Positions 53,444 through 62,957 of a stretch of DNA of 64,000 nt are shown here, one piece after another. Below the pieces are notes generated by a model. That model searched no databases and had not been told where the DNA came from. It saw only the letters and a list, made by a program, of their open reading frames with translations. The stretch's first letter is position 1. Every line of letters starts with the position of its first letter. Origin of the DNA: a bacterium (GTDB lineage Bacteria > SAR324 > NAC60-12); the NCBI GenBank assembly GCA_965205865.1, contig CBDBHR010000030.1:352001-416000 (forward strand), in the 5' to 3' direction. The translations under genes and the position numbers were made by a program.

Positions 53444-53608
53444 AAGCGAGTATACAGCTTTAAGAAAAAGCATTTTGCAATGGTAAATGAACAGTCTCAT
53501 TTTTTTGTTTCCCTTCTCCTTCTTCCTAACGATGTCAAATCTCAATTTTCAGTGGAGCATTGATTCGCATAATCAGGGCTTGCCGAAAAACTTTTATTTT
53601 TGAAAAAG

Positions 53609-53983
53609 GTGTAACTATTCAACCTGAGTTCGACATAAATCTTCAATAATATGAGTATTCTAGTGTATATGTCATCCTCGCGAAAGCGGGGATCCGGATT
53701 TCAGTCTGGCTGCATACCTCTGGATTCCTTCCCTGCGTACGCAGGGATCTCGCAGGAATGACAAGGTTTCTCTAAGATATGAAGATTCCATAACATATTG
53801 AATTTATTAAATTCTTATCTCGAACTCAGGTTATTCAGGTCTTTTCAGAGACCCCTTCGATTTTGGCACGGATTTTCCATCTAAAATATCGTGGGAGGAC
53901 GTGAAAAAGATTGATCCTCCCTGGGAATCTTTTTTCAACGTTATTTAATCAATCAGGTTCTTAAGAGACCTGAATAGTTACAC
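53609..53983. mobile_element. MITE with GTGTAACTATTCAGGTC ends, left end interrupted
   Basis: GTGTAACTATTCA|insert|TATTCAGGTC ... GACCTGAATAGTTACAC. Confidence 0.75.
53622..53831. mobile_element. REP-carrying MITE, copy 2
   Basis: ACCTGAGTTCGA...TCGAACTCAGGT; TSD TATTCA. Confidence 0.82.
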
Positions 53984-53988
53984 ATGAC

Positions 53989-54864
53989 TTATGAATTGCT
54001 CAACTCGGGTTTCTCAAACGAGTTGCCAACGAGAGAGGCGATGGTTCGGATATGGGCTGGTGTCGTATTGGCACCTCCCCCAATAATTGCAGGTTCATGG
54101 CTCAGCAGGTTTTCGACGACTTGGGGAAAACCGGTGGCGACCTGTCCAAATGGCTGAGGAAGCGTTTCATCCAGCAAGATGCTGACGATACCAAAATGGC
54201 GGATGATGGAAGCTGTCAAAGCCACCAATTTCGGATGTTGCCAAGAGGCTTGGATGCCGATAAAGTCCGCATTTTTTTGCACTTCTTCCAATTGGCGCGT
54301 CAGGGTGGAGGGATCGTCATGCAGAGTGAATTTCAAATGCGCGACTATTTGCTTTTGCATGGAACGTTTCGCCACCCGGACCGCCATCTTCAAATCTTCC
54401 CAATCCGCAAACTCACTGAACATGACGAAGCGAGCTCCCGTATCAGCTTGATAAATCAACTGTGTTCCGTATGCTCGTTCCATCCATAGCTTTGGGATGT
54501 CCCCGGATATGTCTTTTTTGATGGAGGTCACGCTTGCTGCCGGAATGCCACGCATGCCGACCCCTTTTCGTAAAAGAGCCATCCCATTATTGTTGATATT
54601 TTCTCCACGATTCTCGATCTCCAGGGTTTTTAAGACAAATTGATGGGCCCCTTCGGTATTGATTCGCAAAATCGATGCTCCGGCATTGAGATAGGCTTGA
54701 TGCATCTGCGAGACCAATGCGGGGTGAGTCAGGTTGGCCAGGAAACAGGCATTGGTTTCGGGGAATCCCCATTCCCGCAGAAGTAGAGGCTTGGCGCCAT
54801 CACAGATCACCGGAGCGTGTTTTTCCAGATGGTTAAGAAGAGAAAACTGCGGAAAAGTTGCCAT
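53989..54864 (-). CDS. Homocysteine S-methyltransferase-like protein lacking the Zn-binding cysteines
   Basis: ICDGA, NLTHP.LV..MH.AYL.AGA; IIGGGANTTPAHI in place of GGCCGTTP. Confidence 0.75.
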   Translation of the reverse strand: MATFPQFSLLNHLEKHAPVICDGAKPLLLREWGFPETNACFLANLTHPALVSQMHQAYLNAGASILRINTEGAHQFVLKTLEIENRGENINNNGMALLRKGVGMRGIPAASVTSIKKDISGDIPKLWMERAYGTQLIYQADTGARFVMFSEFADWEDLKMAVRVAKRSMQKQIVAHLKFTLHDDPSTLTRQLEEVQKNADFIGIQASWQHPKLVALTASIIRHFGIVSILLDETLPQPFGQVATGFPQVVENLLSHEPAIIGGGANTTPAHIRTIASLVGNSFEKPELSNS

Positions 54865-54901
54865 CGTGTCTGCCGAGCCGGTTCGAGGAGTTCATGCGGG
54901 A

Positions 54902-55612
54902 TTACTTGAGCAGGGAATCGAGGGCATTCCTGTCAAAATGCTCACTTATCAATTCTCCAATACTTGCCGGATTGTTCAGTCCGCTTGCCAGAAAGGGCAG
55001 CAATGCCAGTACGCGGACCGAGGTTTTTTCTTCCAGAGTGAGCCACTGATAAAAGATCAAGTCGGCATGTTTGGAATTGAGACGGTTGGAAAGAACAATG
55101 CCGACAATTTCTACTTTTGCCTGCTGAAGCGCATGTAGCTGCAAGAGGGTTTCTGCCAGTTCACGTTCCCCGATATTGGTGACCCAAACCACCCGCGGAT
55201 TCCAGTACCGGAACAATTCGATTTCCATCTCCGTTTCAGTCAGTGGCGTATAGAGACTGCGGCCCCCTTCGATCACAATTCGCTCAAAATGCGTGTAGAG
55301 CTGCTTGAAATGGTGCTGCAGCACTTTTGTTTTCAGTGTAATACCATCTCGCCGGGCGGCCAGCACGGGTGGCAGGTCTTCATTCAATAAAAAGGGATTG
55401 ACGAGATTGGGATGCTCGTTCATGGAGGCCGCTCGATGCAGACGCAACCCATCTCCCGGCAGGTCGGCGGCGTTGTAGTCCATCTGTCCCACATCTACCG
55501 GTTTCCAGGCGGCTGTTTTATAATTCCGGCTCAAGAGATGGAGCAAGCCGAGCGCCACAAAAGTTTTGCCAACCCCTTTTGCCGAACCTCCTACATAAAT
55601 CGAGGCGCTCAT
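54902..55612 (-). CDS. bioD: Dethiobiotin synthase-like protein (divergent)
   Basis: GVGKT P-loop, WKPV, PPVLAA, VIEGG, GIVLSN. Confidence 0.75.
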   Translation of the reverse strand: MSASIYVGGSAKGVGKTFVALGLLHLLSRNYKTAAWKPVDVGQMDYNAADLPGDGLRLHRAASMNEHPNLVNPFLLNEDLPPVLAARRDGITLKTKVLQHHFKQLYTHFERIVIEGGRSLYTPLTETEMEIELFRYWNPRVVWVTNIGERELAETLLQLHALQQAKVEIVGIVLSNRLNSKHADLIFYQWLTLEEKTSVRVLALLPFLASGLNNPASIGELISEHFDRNALDSLLK

Positions 55613-55795
55613 TTGTTCCTTTTTAAGATTGAGTACGAAATATGCATTTCCTGTATAATAATGGTTCTGACATTTTTTTTAATTCTTAATAAATTGAAAA
55701 TAAATCATTTCAAATACTTAGAAAAAGTATCTGAATTATTTACAACTCTGAGTCAGTTTCTCAGTTTGAAATAATTCAAGCAATCCCGATGACCG

Positions 55796-55872
55796 TGTCA
55801 TGCATGACTTGATCAGGCATCCAGGAGTTCTTTGGCAGGCCCCCTGGATTCCTGGGCAAGCCAGGAATGACA
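55796..55872. repeat. REP-like inverted pair
   Basis: TGTCATGC...CATCCAG...CTGGATTCCTGGGCAAGCCAGGAATGACA. Confidence 0.6.
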
Positions 55873-56133
55873 TTGATTCTGTGTACGGAACAAAGAATAC
55901 TTCATAGGTATTTCAAAACTGTTAGAAGTATTGGTATAACATAAGCTCAAAAATCAATAAAGGACTCCGATCACTCTGATCAAACTAAAAAAAATAGCAA
56001 AAAAACCTGGTTCGTTTTGGCAATTTATATAATTCATGGTAGTTTACTGGTTTTTGAACGGAGCGTGATCGAACCTTACCAAGGTTGGGTTCCATAGGAT
56101 TGCGCGAAAGAAATTATCATCCCATTCGATTGT

Positions 56134-57402
56134 ATGACCAAGACGCTGAAAGATTTAGGGAAGCTCAAACGAGAACTCGACGTGGAGATTCCTTTTGACG
56201 AAATTAAACCTGAATACGATGAAGTATTTTCCCAATTGAAGGCGGTCACTCTGCGAGGATTTCGTCCCGGAAAATTCCCCAAAGGATGGCTGCAAAAACG
56301 TTTCATTGAACAAATGACCGTGGAAGCGCGGGAGCGGGTGATTCCTGATTACTTCACTCGGATCGTTGATGAAATGAAGTTGCACCCTGTGACCGAGGCA
56401 ACGGTCACGGAGATCACCTTTACTACGAAAAAACCGATGAACTTCAAATTGACCTTTGAAGTTCAACCGGAACCCGCTCTGCTCGATTATCAAAAATTGA
56501 AATTGGAAAAACAGGATGGCGTGGTGGAACCTGAAGAAATAGAAAGCAAGATCACTCTGTTTCGCAAGAGCCGGAGCACGTTTGAAAGCAAATCCGAAGG
56601 AGAAGTTGCAGAAGAAGAAGACCGGGTCACAATCGACTTTAAACGAACCATTGGAGAAGAAAGCGACGAACAAATGGATCAATCGCTTGAATTGAATGAA
56701 AGTCTCTCCCCCGAATTCAAAGACAAAATCTTAGGCATGAAGGTAGGGGAACACAAAGAGTTTTCTTTTGAAATCACTGAAGACCATATGGAAGAGCATG
56801 AGGGAGAGACTGCTGAAATTGAATTGACCTTGAAAGATCTGGAACGGAAATTACTTCCTGAAATGGATGCCGACTTTTTCCAACAGTTTGAAAACGCTGA
56901 AAACGAAGAAGCGTTTCGCCGCTATGTGGTTGAGCAGCTTATAGAAGAAAAGGAAGGTGAGTTGCGTTTATTTTATCATGAGGAATTGAAAAAGCAGTTG
57001 CTCCAGTGTTATGATGAATTTGAATTACCGGAATCACTGATTGAAAAACGAGAAAAACAATGCGAAGGGGAATTGCGCAAATCGAAGAATGGGATTTCCG
57101 AAGCGGAGTTGAATGCCCGCAAGAATGAGCAACTCGATCAATACAAATCTCTATTGCGCATTGAATTTATTCTCAAGCAAATCGCCATGGCAGAGTCTTT
57201 GAAACCCGAGGGAGATGCAGTTGCCCGTCGATTCGCATCCATGGCGCAGCTTTGGGGCGCGCATCCTGATGAATTCATTCACAGTCCGCTTGGTCCCGGA
57301 TTTTACCATCAAATTTATCTGCAGATTTCTCAAGAGCGCGTGCTTGATTATCTAGTCGATCGCCTCGTGGGAAAAATCGAGGTTGCTGTTGTTGAAAGCT
57401 GA
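56134..57402 (+). CDS. tig: Trigger factor
   Basis: GFRPGKFP ribosome-binding motif; FKBP-like middle domain; precedes clpP. Confidence 0.9.
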   Translation: MTKTLKDLGKLKRELDVEIPFDEIKPEYDEVFSQLKAVTLRGFRPGKFPKGWLQKRFIEQMTVEARERVIPDYFTRIVDEMKLHPVTEATVTEITFTTKKPMNFKLTFEVQPEPALLDYQKLKLEKQDGVVEPEEIESKITLFRKSRSTFESKSEGEVAEEEDRVTIDFKRTIGEESDEQMDQSLELNESLSPEFKDKILGMKVGEHKEFSFEITEDHMEEHEGETAEIELTLKDLERKLLPEMDADFFQQFENAENEEAFRRYVVEQLIEEKEGELRLFYHEELKKQLLQCYDEFELPESLIEKREKQCEGELRKSKNGISEAELNARKNEQLDQYKSLLRIEFILKQIAMAESLKPEGDAVARRFASMAQLWGAHPDEFIHSPLGPGFYHQIYLQISQERVLDYLVDRLVGKIEVAVVES

Positions 57403-57514
57403 TTCCCTGGTGGTGGAGGGTTGGTTGGCAGCCGGAAAGAATCTAGTCGCCCCGCTCATGACTGAAGCGCGACACCAACTGGCGCGGCTGGAATGAGAAA
57501 GGAGAAAATATTTT

Positions 57515-58117
57515 ATGCCTTTAGTGCCGATGGTGGTGGAACAAACCAATCGTGGGGAACGCGCCTACGATATTTATTCGCGTTTGCTGAAAGACCGGAT
57601 CATCTTTCTGGGAACGCCAGTGGATGACAATATTGCCAATTTGATGATCGCCCAACTGCTTTTTCTGGAAGCGGAAGATCCGGAAAGTGACGTGTTCCTT
57701 TACATCAACTGCCCAGGAGGAATGGTCACTGCAGGATTTGCCATTTATGACACGATACAATATCTTAAGCCGGACATTCAGACTATATGTCTTGGGCAGG
57801 CAGCGAGCATGGGAGCGATTTTATTGGCGGCAGGGACCCGGGGAAAGCGTTTTGCGCTGCCCCATGCGCGCATCATGATTCATCAGCTCACCGGAGGGTT
57901 TTCCGGGCAAGCGGAAGATATAGACATTCAAGCAAAAGAAATGTTGCGCCTGAAAATGACAGTAAATGAAGTCTTAGCCAAACATACCGACAAAACACTG
58001 ACGGAAATTGAAAACGATACACTGCGTGACTATTATTTTTCCAGCGAAGAAGCCAAATCCTATGGCCTGATCGATGCGGTCATGGTCAATCGGGATTTGC
58101 CAGCAAAAGAGGAATAA
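57515..58117 (+). CDS. clpP: Clp protease proteolytic subunit
   Basis: [26 protein letters not shown]. Confidence 0.97.
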   Translation: MPLVPMVVEQTNRGERAYDIYSRLLKDRIIFLGTPVDDNIANLMIAQLLFLEAEDPESDVFLYINCPGGMVTAGFAIYDTIQYLKPDIQTICLGQAASMGAILLAAGTRGKRFALPHARIMIHQLTGGFSGQAEDIDIQAKEMLRLKMTVNEVLAKHTDKTLTEIENDTLRDYYFSSEEAKSYGLIDAVMVNRDLPAKEE

Positions 58118-58174
58118 AATGACTTTTGCCGGTCCCACTCAACCAGAGTTTGCTGGAAAACGGAGAATGAATTT

Positions 58175-59431
58175 ATGAAGAATCAAAAAGATATCCTCTT
58201 GCGTTGTTCTTTTTGTGGAAAAACCCAGGATGAAGTGAAGAAAATCATCGCAGGGCCGACCGTTTATATTTGCGACGAATGCATCGAGCTTTGCAATGAT
58301 ATCATGGAAGAGGAATGGCACAAAGACCGGGTTATTGATCCCGGTCAGCTCTTGATGACTCCCGTTGAGATCAAGTCGGTGTTGGACAACTACGTGGTGG
58401 GACAGGAAAAAGCGAAAAAAGTCCTGGCCGTTGCCGTCCACAATCATTACAAACGCTGCCATGCGAACTACAACAGCAGTGACGTAGAATTGCAAAAAAG
58501 TAATATTCTCCTCATTGGTCCTACGGGAACCGGAAAAACGTTGTTGGCCCAAACACTGGCGAAAATTCTCAATGCGCCCTTTGCCATGGCCGATGCCACG
58601 GCTTTGACGGAAGCAGGCTACGTGGGAGAGGACGTGGAGAATATTATCCTCAAATTGCTGCAGAATGCCGACTATGACATAGAACGCGCCGAACAGGGGA
58701 TTATCTATATCGACGAAATCGACAAAATAACGCGCAAAACAGAAAATCCTTCAATCACGCGGGATGTTTCCGGAGAAGGCGTGCAGCAAGCATTGCTTAA
58801 AATCATTGAAGGCATGGTAGCCAACATCCCACCCCAGGGAGGGCGTAAGCATCCCCAGCAGGAATACCTGCAAGTCGACACCACTAACATCCTCTTCATC
58901 TGCGGAGGCGCCTTTGTGGGTTTGGATACGATCATCAATAAACGGATCGGGGACCACTCCATTGGCTTTGGCGCTTCCATTCCGAATAAACAAGGGCAGT
59001 CCAACTCCGAAACCTTCGAACATCTCGAACCTGAAGATTTGCTGAAATATGGCTTGATTCCCGAATTCATCGGACGACTGCCGGTCATCACAACGTTGGA
59101 GGACTTGGGAGAAGAGCATTTGGTCCGGATCCTCCAGGAACCCAAAAATGCTATCCTGAAACAGTATCAAAAACTCTTTGAATTGGAAGAGGCGGAGTTG
59201 ACCTTCACGCAAAGCGCAATTCAAGCAATCGCCCGGGAAGCCATCAAACGCAAAACCGGAGCACGGGGGCTTCGTTCCATTCTGGAAAATATCATGTTGG
59301 ATATCATGTATGACATTCCCTCGAATCCGCAAATCAAGGAATGCGTGGTGACCGAATCAACCATTGCTCAAAAAGCCGCACCTAAACTGGTCATGCACAA
59401 ATCTGCAGGCAGACGGGCTAAAGCAGGCTGA
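58175..59431 (+). CDS. clpX: Clp protease ATP-binding subunit
   Basis: CSFCGK zinc finger, [17 protein letters not shown] loop, GARGLR. Confidence 0.98.
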   Translation: MKNQKDILLRCSFCGKTQDEVKKIIAGPTVYICDECIELCNDIMEEEWHKDRVIDPGQLLMTPVEIKSVLDNYVVGQEKAKKVLAVAVHNHYKRCHANYNSSDVELQKSNILLIGPTGTGKTLLAQTLAKILNAPFAMADATALTEAGYVGEDVENIILKLLQNADYDIERAEQGIIYIDEIDKITRKTENPSITRDVSGEGVQQALLKIIEGMVANIPPQGGRKHPQQEYLQVDTTNILFICGGAFVGLDTIINKRIGDHSIGFGASIPNKQGQSNSETFEHLEPEDLLKYGLIPEFIGRLPVITTLEDLGEEHLVRILQEPKNAILKQYQKLFELEEAELTFTQSAIQAIAREAIKRKTGARGLRSILENIMLDIMYDIPSNPQIKECVVTESTIAQKAAPKLVMHKSAGRRAKAG

Positions 59432-59546
59432 GTTTATGGGATGTGGCGAGGCAACCCCGTGAATCGATACCGCCATTTCTCCATCCTTCATCTTTTTCGT
59501 CTTGTTGAAGGGACTCTTTCCTTGATTCTTGTCTGTTCGATAATGC

Positions 59547-60542
59547 ATGAAGACTTTTGATGTTTTTGGCATAGGCAATCCTCTGGTCGATCTGCTGGCT
59601 CATGTTTCCGGACATTTTTTAAAAGCGCAGGGTCTGGAAAAAAACCGCATGTACCTCGTCGATTTTGAAAGACAGCAAAAGATCCTTGCAGAACTGGAAA
59701 AAAACGACATGGAGGTGTTGTATATGCCGGGTGGTTCTTGTGCCAACAGCATGATCGGGATTGCCCAACTTGGCGGCTCGAGCATCTATGGCGGGAAAAT
59801 AGGAAGGGATGAATACGGGGCGATTTACAAAGAAAAACTGGTAGAAGCGAAAGTCGCCTCTTCCTTGGGAGAAGGCGATGGCTCCACGGGAAGCAGTCTC
59901 ATTCTGGTGATGGAGGATGCGTCGCGAACCATGAACACGCATTTGGGAATCTCCCGGAATTTCCGATTCGCCGATATTTCCCAGGACTTGCTGAAAGCGG
60001 TTCAGTATCTATACATTGAAGGGTATCTTTGGGACACGGAAGAACAAAAAAAAGCCATCCTCCTCACCATCGACAAGGCCCGGGAGTTTGGCGTCAAGAT
60101 TTCCCTCAGCCTGTCCGATCCTTTTTGCGTGGCGCGTCACGCTGCCGCATTCAATAAACTATGCCGGGATTGCGTGGATCTGGTATTTTGCAATCAGGAA
60201 GAGGCGTTTGGTTTGACGGGAACCACCATTTCGCAGGAAGCGTTGCATCGCTTGAACGAACAGATTGAAACCGTGGCTATGACACTAGGACCCCGTGGAG
60301 CCTTGATTGCTCACCAGGGTCGGGTTACTTATATTGATCCATTTTCTCTTCAAGTGATGGATACCACCGGGGCTGGAGATGCCTTTGCCGCAGGGTTTTT
60401 ATATGGCGTCACGCAAGGCAAATCCATCTTGGAAAGCGGACGAATTGCAGCAGCTATGGCGGCTTTGATCATCAGTCGGTTGGGACCCCGTTATCAGGGG
60501 GATTTGAAAAGCGGACTGCAGCAATTATTATCATCCTCGTAA
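59547..60542 (+). CDS. PfkB-family carbohydrate/nucleoside (adenosine-like) kinase
   Basis: GIGNPLVD, PGGSCAN, EGYLWD, DTTGAGDAFAAGFLYG. Confidence 0.9.
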   Translation: MKTFDVFGIGNPLVDLLAHVSGHFLKAQGLEKNRMYLVDFERQQKILAELEKNDMEVLYMPGGSCANSMIGIAQLGGSSIYGGKIGRDEYGAIYKEKLVEAKVASSLGEGDGSTGSSLILVMEDASRTMNTHLGISRNFRFADISQDLLKAVQYLYIEGYLWDTEEQKKAILLTIDKAREFGVKISLSLSDPFCVARHAAAFNKLCRDCVDLVFCNQEEAFGLTGTTISQEALHRLNEQIETVAMTLGPRGALIAHQGRVTYIDPFSLQVMDTTGAGDAFAAGFLYGVTQGKSILESGRIAAAMAALIISRLGPRYQGDLKSGLQQLLSSS

Positions 60543-60579
60543 TCATCAAGACCAATTGCTTCATCAATCGAGACTCCAA

Positions 60580-61818
60580 ATGGAACATCAGGCAATGCCT
60601 GAATTGCTGGCGCCTGCCGGCAGTCCGGAAAAATTGAAAATTGCGGTGTTGTACGGAGCCAATGCGGTTTACCTGGCAGGACCCCTCTTCGGCTTGCGAG
60701 CAGGAACTGATAATTTTTCCGACGTGGAACTGGAGGAAGGTGTCATCTTTGCGCATCAACGACGCGCAAAAGTCTATGTTACTTTGAATACCTTCCCACA
60801 TGATGAAGAGCTACTTCACCTTCCGGAATATGTGACATTCCTGGAGACCTGTGGTGTCGATGCCGTGATTGTTTCAGATGCGGGATTACTCTCCGTGGCG
60901 CAACAGCGCTCGAACCTGCCGACCCACCTCTCCACCCAGGCATCCTGTCTGAATTCCTATGCGGCCATGCTTTGGAAAAACCTGGGCGTGAAACGCATTG
61001 TGCTGGGACGGGAAATTTCCATTGAACAAGCGCATGCCATTCAGCAACAGGCGGACATTGAAGTGGAAATGTTCATTCATGGCGCCATGTGTACGGCCTA
61101 CTCCGGTAACTGTATTATCTCCAATTTCACCCTGGCCCGTGATAGCAACCGGGGAGGCTGCGCGCAGAGTTGCCGCTTTTCTTATTCCATTTGGGAAAAC
61201 AGAAAAGAACGAGAGGCCGGAACCGAGCCATTGTATGAAAACGTGAGCTTCATGAGCTCCAAAGATTTGCGGGGACTGACACTCCTCCCGCGTTTCATTG
61301 ATGCCCGGATCTGCAGTCTCAAAATTGAAGGGCGCATGAAAAGCAATCTCTATGTCGCCACTACCGTTCGGGCTTATGCTTCGGCATTGAAAAAGTGTCA
61401 GGAAAATCCTGGAAAAAACGCTGTCGCTCTCGTTCGCTTATCAGCAGAATTGGAAAAAATCCCGCATCGCCAATATACGCAGGGATCCTTGATTCAACCC
61501 GCGGGGACGGACAGCATTTATGATGGTCAGGAACAAGCGGGAAAACACAACTCGCGCTATGAAATGGCGGGAACCATTGTCGAAGTACAATCTCGATATA
61601 TGACCATGATGGTACAGAATCCTATCAGCAACCAGGACGATCTTGAAATTCTATCCTTTGATGGAACCACCATTCCATTGAAAACCAACGACATGAAAAA
61701 TATCCGGCACCAACCCATTCCAAACTCCCGGACTAACAGCCTTGTAGTGCTTCCACTTGCCGACAAAGCGCAACCTCTCAATCTCGTCCGAAAACGGTCC
61801 GGTAACACCCACGGGTAG
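60580..61818 (+). CDS. U32-family protein (TrhP/YegQ-like Fe-S RNA hydroxylase)
   Basis: PELLAPAG, HLSTQ, HGAMCTAYSGNC...NRGGCAQSCR, LKIEGRMKS. Confidence 0.9.
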   Translation: MEHQAMPELLAPAGSPEKLKIAVLYGANAVYLAGPLFGLRAGTDNFSDVELEEGVIFAHQRRAKVYVTLNTFPHDEELLHLPEYVTFLETCGVDAVIVSDAGLLSVAQQRSNLPTHLSTQASCLNSYAAMLWKNLGVKRIVLGREISIEQAHAIQQQADIEVEMFIHGAMCTAYSGNCIISNFTLARDSNRGGCAQSCRFSYSIWENRKEREAGTEPLYENVSFMSSKDLRGLTLLPRFIDARICSLKIEGRMKSNLYVATTVRAYASALKKCQENPGKNAVALVRLSAELEKIPHRQYTQGSLIQPAGTDSIYDGQEQAGKHNSRYEMAGTIVEVQSRYMTMMVQNPISNQDDLEILSFDGTTIPLKTNDMKNIRHQPIPNSRTNSLVVLPLADKAQPLNLVRKRSGNTHG

Positions 61819-62088
61819 AGTAGTGGAGAGGCATTTTTCATCAATCCGGACACGGAACTGTCAAAGCGCTCTCCCGACATGCGTACATCATTGGCATCGA
61901 GGAAAGTTCAGGCATTGTCGGTGAAATCGGCGATTGTCTGAATTTGGAGGGAAACCACGCTCATCTCGACTGCCTCCCACGGAAAAAAACAATCCCTGAG
62001 ATCCTTGCTCGAGCAGAAGGGCAATGAAGGCAGGCACCATACATTAAGATCCCTTTTGAAAATCCTGAAAAAGAATCGAAGTGCTCCC

Positions 62089-62117
62089 TTGACATTGGAC
62101 TACAACACGATTAATTT
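62089..62117 (+). promoter_or_regulatory. Putative sigma70 promoter of the cas operon
   Basis: TTGACA-N17-TAATTT. Confidence 0.6.
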
Positions 62118-62168
62118 TGTATGTCTTTACTCTTTGTGAAAATCGCGCATTTTGCATAGAGCATAGTC

Positions 62169-62204
62169 AGCTTGGCCAGTTTCTTCAGGTTGGCCAAGCT
62201 TTTT
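62169..62204 (+). terminator. Terminator-like hairpin in the cas leader
   Basis: AGCTTGGCCA-N12-TGGCCAAGCT followed by TTTT. Confidence 0.5.
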
Positions 62205-62228
62205 GAGAATCACAAGATGAATCACAAG

Positions 62229-62320
62229 ATGGAATACTACGCACGCAAAGGCCAGTCTCTGGCAAAACATCTACGAGGGGTGGCTTTGGGTTCGAGGAAC
62301 GCATGGTAGTATGCCCGTAG
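62229..62320 (+). pseudogene. cas3: Probable cas3 stub (HD-domain N-terminus joined to a short tail)
   Basis: MEYYARKGQSLAKHLRGVA resembles the Cas3 HD start (YA...Q.L..HL..VA) and sits in the cas3 position before cas5. Confidence 0.55.
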
Positions 62321-62327
62321 CAGAGTA

Positions 62328-62957
62328 ATGAAAACCTACACAGTCCAATTCGAGATTGCCGGCCCAACGGCCATGTGGACCCGGCCTGACACCGGCTCGT
62401 CCCCTGTGTCTTATGTGGCGCCCACCCTCAGCGCAGTGAAGGGCATCTTTGAGTCTATCCTTCGTTGGAAATCCGTGAACGTGCGCCCGAGAAGAGTGGA
62501 AATATGCCAGCCGGTACAGTTTCATCGTTATGCAACGAACTACAGTGGGCCATTGCGCGCATCTGAGGCAATAAAGAAAGGCACATCATTTCAGTTGTTC
62601 GCATTGGTGTTGGTGAACGTTTGCTATCGGCTCTACGCTGAAGTGGACTGGAATCGTGAGCCAAACGGTGAACGCGCGCAGGCACCTGATGGTCAATGTT
62701 CGCTCCATGCTTTTCAGGATGCCTTTAATCGTCGTTTGAACAACGGTCAGTGGTTTTACACACCCTGCCTTGGATGGAAAGAATTCGCCCCAGATTACGT
62801 GGGAGCATTTCGCTCGGAAACACGGGTGTGCGAGAGTGAAAGTCATGAGCTGCCATCCATGTTGCGCATGGTATTTGACTGCCCGCAGCAAGGTCTTGTA
62901 AAACCAAGTTTCTGCCAGGGAATGAAAGTTGAGAAAGGAGTGTTGGTCTATGCTTAA
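62328..62957 (+). CDS. cas5: CRISPR-associated Cas5 (type I-C-like)
   Basis: EIAGPTAMWTRPD...VSY.APT.SAVKGIFESI, VL.NV.YRL, FNRRL..GQ...TPCLGWKEF. Confidence 0.9.
   Translation: MKTYTVQFEIAGPTAMWTRPDTGSSPVSYVAPTLSAVKGIFESILRWKSVNVRPRRVEICQPVQFHRYATNYSGPLRASEAIKKGTSFQLFALVLVNVCYRLYAEVDWNREPNGERAQAPDGQCSLHAFQDAFNRRLNNGQWFYTPCLGWKEFAPDYVGAFRSETRVCESESHELPSMLRMVFDCPQQGLVKPSFCQGMKVEKGVLVYA

Noticed and set aside
53863-53878. TTGGCACGGATTTTCC sigma54-like site
   Set aside because: Lacks the -12 GC, lies inside a MITE, and has no + strand gene downstream.
55990-56130. tRNA gene often found upstream of tig
   Set aside because: No cloverleaf or T-loop GTTCGA context found.
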